DNA from: Octopus sinensis
Taxonomy: Eukaryota
NCBI RefSeq assembly: GCF_006345805.1
Contig: NW_021825363.1
Location: 1 to 15,700, forward strand
Reading direction: 5' to 3'
Length of the DNA stretch: 15,700 bases
Positions 10,448 to 15,700 of this stretch are shown one piece after another; within the stretch, counting starts at the first letter, position 1, and each line of letters opens with the position of its first letter. The position numbers and the translations under genes are program-made. The notes under the pieces were generated by a model. It did not search any database and had not been told where the DNA came from. It saw only the letters and a program-made list of their open reading frames with translations.

Positions 10448-10814
10448 ACACAGACATACACACACACATATACAAATGTGTACCTATATAGTTCTGTGTG
10501 TGTGTGTGTTTTGTATATTGGTGTGTAGAGTGAAGCTGTATGTCCGTATTGTTGCTATCTCATCCCATCGCAGTTAGATTAATGCGGTTAATCATCAGTT
10601 TAAGCTTGTGTCGGTTGATCTCTGCAGTGGGGAGGGTTTGTAAAGAGGTGGGGAAGAAGGATTAAAGGGTTATTTAGCTGTGGGAATGAGTGTGTGTTGG
10701 AGGAGATGACAAGTTGACATGTCGTGCTTAAAAGAGGAATGCGACGTTTCGGTGATTATTTCTTTACCAGAGAAATAGTCACCGAAATAGTCACACACAT
10801 ACACACACACATGA

Positions 10815-10965
10815 GGGGCTTCTTTTAGCTTCCGTCAAGCAAATCCACTCACAAGGCTTTGGTTGGCCTAAGACTATAGTAGAAGACACTTGCCCAAGGT
10901 GTCACGCAGTGGGACTGAACCTAGAACCATGTGGTTGGTAAGCAAGCTACTTACCACACATCCAC

Positions 10966-10966
<1 letters not shown>
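10815..10966 (-). mobile_element. SINE head only (no body/tail)
   Basis: Minus strand: GTGGATGTGTGGTAAGTAGCTTGCTTACCAACCACATGGTTCTAGGTTCAGTCCCACTGCGTGACACCTTGGGCAAGTGTCTTCT...AAAGAAGCCC. No body is detectable in 10450-10800. Confidence 0.85.
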
Positions 10967-11033
<67 letters not shown>

Positions 11034-11053
11034 ATATATATATATATATATAT
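10967..11053. repeat. (TA)n microsatellite
   Basis: Direct reading. Confidence 0.97.
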
Positions 11054-11253
11054 AGTTAATCCAAACAAGAAAGCACAAAAAAACACAACAACGGGTGGAC
11101 GTGGAACAAATATAGTATTATTGGACGCTCAGGAAAGAAGGAAAGAAGGCGGGTATAACGTTCGAGCGGAGCTCTTCGTCGGAAACATAGGAGAAGGAAA
11201 GATCCAGAGAAGGGAAGACAGAGTAAAAAAAATCGCCAACGGTACACACGAGG
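11054..11253 (-). mobile_element. Short Penelope-pLTR/retrozyme-like element, copy 2 (hammerhead-like motif 11157-11182)
   Basis: Minus strand reads CCGACGA-A-GAGC-UCC-GCUC-GAA-CGUU (one A missing from GAAA). Second block gtattattggacgctc at 11115-11130. Flanked by (TA)n and (CA)n. Confidence 0.5.
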
Positions 11254-11254
11254 T

Positions 11255-11286
11255 CACACACACACACAGACACACACACACACACA

Positions 11287-11376
<90 letters not shown>
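11255..11376. repeat. (CA)n(TA)n microsatellite
   Basis: Direct reading. Confidence 0.95.
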
Positions 11377-11377
<1 letters not shown>

Positions 11378-11567
11378 GGCGGGAATTTACGAAAAAAACA
11401 AAAGAGGAAGCCCGGTGAGCAAACAACAAACAGATGTATTAGTTTAACGCTCGGGAAGTAAGAAAGTCTTTTACGTTTCGAGCCTACGCTCTTTGACAGA
11501 ATGGAACACAGAAATAAACAGGGAGAGAAAATAATAAAGGTTTAGTGGTTAGCGATCTATCATGGCG
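11377..11567 (-). mobile_element. Short Penelope-pLTR/retrozyme-like element, copy 3 (hammerhead-like motif 11472-11499)
   Basis: Minus strand reads CUGUCAA-A-GAGC-GUAG-GCUC-GAAA-CGUA. Second block gtattagtttaacgctc at 11436-11452. One end abuts (TA)n. Confidence 0.5.
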
Positions 11568-11834
11568 ACACACTGAGCCATACACTCAGATACATATGCA
11601 CCAATACATATGCACACATATATACACACACGCACATACACATAGTTTTAAAAATAAATAACTACATTTATATATGTTGCTAACTCTGATTGAGCAGACC
11701 TAAAATCCATTCCACTGGTGACCACCCCATCTGCTTAGTGATAAGTAGGAAGACTATTCTTAGTAAGTCCTTCCCCACTTTGGTAGGAAATGATATGGCG
11801 GAGATTTAGCTACCATTTTTGGAAGGTTGAAACG

Positions 11835-12300
11835 CTCTGTCTGTGTGTCGTCTCCCCTATATTTCTGTCTGTCTGTCTGTCTGCCATCTCCACAGCCATT
11901 GGATGCCACCCCACGTTCCCTCTCTCTTTCTCTCACTATTCGCTCTCTCTGTCTCCTCTCTCTCTCTATATCTCTCCCTCCTTCCCTGCATTCCGGTCTG
12001 TCTGTTTGTCTGTCTTTCAACATCTCTCTATGTTTTTTCATAATCTGTCTGTCTGTCTGTCTACCTGTCTGTCAGTCTGCCTGTCTGTCTGTTTTAACAC
12101 CCATTCATTCTTACCCTGTCTGCCAGCGATCCTCTCTGTCTGTCTGTCTGTCTTTCACCACCACCACCACCACTACCACCTCTACCACGTTGACAACGAC
12201 GACGATAAAGATAACCACCACCACCACCACCGCCACCGCTGTCACCACCACCACCGCTGTCACCGCCGCCACCGCTGTCACCGCCGCCGCCGCCGCCGCC
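11835..12300. repeat. (TCTG)n/(CT)n tract followed by (CAC)/(GAC)/(CGC) triplet repeats
   Basis: Direct reading; accounts for the 171 aa and 215 aa low-complexity ORFs. Confidence 0.9.
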
Positions 12301-13049
12301 GTTGACTCAGTTATCCAATTAATCCAAACACTGACATCTCTGCGGCCTCCAATTTGTCAGAATCTGTCATTACATGGCCACTGGACACGTGACTATGGTG
12401 GGAGGCGAACAGAGAGTAGTGGCAAGAGGAGGGACATTAGCGTCTATTTTTATGTGTGTGTGTGTGTGTGTTAATACTGTTGTTATTGTGTATGTGTTTG
12501 TGTGGATGTATGTGCATGTGCGTGTGTGTATTCGTTGTGTGTTTGTGTATGAATTTGTGTATGTGTTTGAGGGTTGTGTGTGGAGAGAGAGAGAGAGAAG
12601 ATGGGGGTTAGTTGAAGGGGATGTTGTAAAAGAAGGGATGAAGAGAAGGCAGTGGAGTTGGAGGAGGGAGAGGAGAGGGAGGAGGGAGAGATGATAAAAG
12701 ATAACAAAATGGCCGTCGAAGATGATCATTTGGCGTGTTTTGAGAATATAACTGATGGATTGGGTGGGTGTATGTGTTGTATGGGTGTATATAATCGTGT
12801 GTATAAGTGTATATGTATGTGCATGTATATGTATACACACGCATACATACATATACATCTATAAATGAGTTTGTGTGCATATAGTTAAATATATGCAAAC
12901 GTGTGTGCAACGTATGTATTTGTATGTGTGTGTGTATGTAATGTTTGTAAGTAGATGTAATTGTGTGTGTATGTATCTAGGCATAAATGTGAGCCTCTGT
13001 GTATATATATCTGTCTCTATATAGTTATGAGTGTGTGTGTATATATAAA

Positions 13050-13258
13050 TATTCTTTTATTCTTCTATCTGTTTCAGTCACTTGACTGCGGCCATGCTGG
13101 AGCACCGCCTTTAGTCGAACAAATCGACCTCAGGACTTATTCTTTGTAAGCCTAGTACTTATTCTATCAGTATTTTTTGCCGAACCGCTAACTTAGAGGG
13201 ACGTAAACACATCAACATCGGTTGTCAAGCGATGGTGGGGGGGACTAACACAGACACA
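13050..13258 (-). mobile_element. SINE body/tail only (5'-truncated)
   Basis: Plus strand TTCTTTTATTC...TTGACTGCGGCCATGCTGGAGCACCGCC...AAGCCTAGTACTT...GGACGTAAACAC...GATGGTGGGGGGGACTAACACAGACAC is collinear with 6766-6995. No head is found at higher coordinates. Confidence 0.85.
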
Positions 13259-13524
13259 CGCGCACACACTCACACATATAATGTATATATTCATATATGT
13301 ATACAAACATAACTACTTCTGTATATACATATATACGTATATAAAGAAAATTAAGGAAAAATACGCCATAGATGAAACTACCGACCACTGTGCCTTACTA
13401 TATCCTACAAATATCCTCAATAAAACTGTCCTTTTACACCTGTATTGAGTTCTCTTTCATCGAGGTAGCCGTACCATGTACCGTATATTTACACATGTGT
13501 TTGTATATATACATACATATACAC

Positions 13525-13526
<2 letters not shown>

Positions 13527-13582
<56 letters not shown>

Positions 13583-13591
13583 ATCTATCTA

Positions 13592-13634
<43 letters not shown>

Positions 13635-13690
13635 GACTGTCTGTCTGCCTGCCTGCTGCCTGTCTGCATACATGTCTGCCTGTCTGTATC
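13527..13690. repeat. (TCTA)n(TCTG)n(CCTG)n tract
   Basis: Direct reading. Confidence 0.95.
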
Positions 13691-14246
13691 CCTCTATATA
13701 GCTGTCTATATGTATTTATGTATCTCCCGTTATCCCTATCTATCTCCTTATCAACTCCCCCCCTCCAGCTAATTACCCCCCATCCCTGTCACATAAACAC
13801 TTCTATTTCTGATGTCAAACATGGCTCTCACTACGTTGACGGCACAGTTTATACAACAACGTGGCTGATTCAACGTTGACACTCGGTCAGTTGGTGAAGG
13901 TCAATAACTGTCAGTCAGGCCGACACATACAGGTCAAACGGTGACCTAACACAGTCAGCTCCCTCTACTGGTGGCGCTGGTGGTGGGGAGGAGAAGTCAA
14001 GAGCAGTTAAGCATGTTTAGGGAGAGCGACAGGCATTTGTCTGTAAAGTCTGTGGCGGTCGAACGGAAAAGGGTTTCTTTCTCGCTGTCTCTCTTGATCA
14101 TAGATCACCAACGTCATGTGACCGATGCCATGTGACATCAAACGATGACGTCATGGGAAGGCAGACGCCATGAGACTGGCGTTGCTAACTTTGTCGCAGG
14201 TTCAATTTCTGGAAAGTGTTTAAAATGGACCCATGAAGAAGGATGA

Positions 14247-14553
<307 letters not shown>

Positions 14554-15700
14554 TGCCAAGGCTTTCGACAAGGTTGATCATGGGGCATGATATGTCACAA
14601 GCTGCGAAACCTTGGTATTACCGGGAAACTGTGAGGTGGCTGCATGGTTTTCTGAAGGGCACCAATTCTCAGCGGGGTCCCACAGGGACCTTATTGAGGC
14701 CACTACAATTCGTCGTGGTCCTCTCAGACATGCGTTCTGCGGTACAGTCAGCCAATCTGACCAGTTATGCTGACGACACAAAAGTATCGCAGGCAGTTAC
14801 GAACCCAGAGGACATCCAAAATCTGCAGAAAGACCTGAACTAAATCTACAAATGGGTTAACATAAATAACATGCAGTTCAATGCATTGAAATTTCAGGCA
14901 CCCACTATTGGTCCAACACCAGGCTAAAATTGGAATACACTGGACCAGAAGACAATACGATCCCAGAGTCAGAGTTGGCACGTGACCTGGGGGTTCACAT
15001 GAGCAATGATGCAACATTCAATGTGCATGTGACCAAGATGGCAACACTTCCTGTGAGTGGCTGGATGGATTCTGAGGGCATTCAGAACCAGGAAAAGGGA
15101 AGCCCTGCTACTCCTATGGCACCGTTCTCAGCCGCTCGGGCTGCTGCTCCCAACGATGTTCCTCGGAGAGTGTGAATCCAGCGCAAATACACAAAGAAGA
15201 TTGACTCGATGCAAAAGATGGTCTACTGGGAGAAGCTAAAGGAGCTGAGTCTCTTTTCCCTGGAGAGAAGACGAGAGAGAAGACGATAGAGAAGACGAGA
15301 GAGAAGACGAGAGAAGACGAGAGAAGACGAGAGAGAAGACGAGAGAGAAGACGAGAGAAGACGAGAGAAGACGAGAGAGAGATGAGATGATTTGGAGGAT
15401 CTTGGAGGGTTTAGTCCCCAATTTCGACAGCTAAACCAATCCTCGAACTTCCCCATCTAAAATAAGGACACAGTACTGCAATAGTCTGGATTTCAAGGGC
15501 CTGCGATTGTTGAACATCCTTCCAGGCAACCTTAGAGATCTACATGGTGTTGATGTGGAAGTTTTCAAGGAACGTATGGAGAGGTTTCTATCTGAGATAC
15601 CAGACGAACCCACATGGCGACTGGAGACGCAAAGAAGAGAAGCTCCGTCCAACCCCCAACATCACCAAAAACAATATCGGAAACAACAGCGAGTAACTAC
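14554..15700 (+). mobile_element. 5'-truncated, decayed non-LTR retrotransposon (CR1/L2 group), RT domain and C-terminus
   Basis: Reads AKAFDKVDHG (14554), ICHKLRNLGITGK, SGVPQGT (14670), LTSYADDTKVSQAV (YADD at 14766-14777), LQKDLN*IYKWVNINNMQFNALKF, RDLGVHMSNDATF, GWILRAFRTR, YWEKLKELSLFSLERRRER, IWRILEGLVPNF and YCNSLDFKGLRLLNILP. Stops and frameshifts throughout; it probably continues past the window end. Confidence 0.92.
15263..15382 (+). repeat. Minisatellite of 10 x AGAG(AG)AAGACG inside the LINE
   Basis: Ten AAGACG cores in 10- or 12-nt units, grown from the codons for ERRRE. Confidence 0.9.

Noticed and set aside
11680-11825. Possible fragment of another interspersed repeat
   Set aside because: No second copy or diagnostic terminus in the window, so it cannot be supported from sequence alone.
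15263-15382. Regular repeat array considered as CRISPR-like
   Set aside because: No unique spacers; it is a simple tandem repeat in a eukaryotic LINE.

Overview
AT-rich, microsatellite-saturated eukaryotic DNA, probably intergenic or intronic. The repeat repertoire resembles that of octopod cephalopods, but this is inference. No host protein-coding exon can be supported, and most ORFs in the track are translations of simple repeats. The window holds: (1) two decayed CR1/L2-group LINE fragments (1124-1975 and 14554-15700, + strand); (2) an internally deleted mariner with 28-bp TIRs and a TA target duplication (9174-10204), inserted in the middle of a tRNA-derived SINE; (3) four copies of that SINE family, one full-length, one split, one head only and one tail only, whose tail resembles the LINE 3' end; (4) a short non-autonomous Helitron-like element (498-848) with a second Helitron-like 5' end just upstream; and (5) three, possibly four, ~170-200 bp elements next to (TA)n tracts that carry degenerate minimal type-I hammerhead-ribozyme-like motifs, of the Penelope-pLTR or retrozyme kind. 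The hammerhead-like family is the most interesting signal. A few unique islands with motif clusters remain unexplained.
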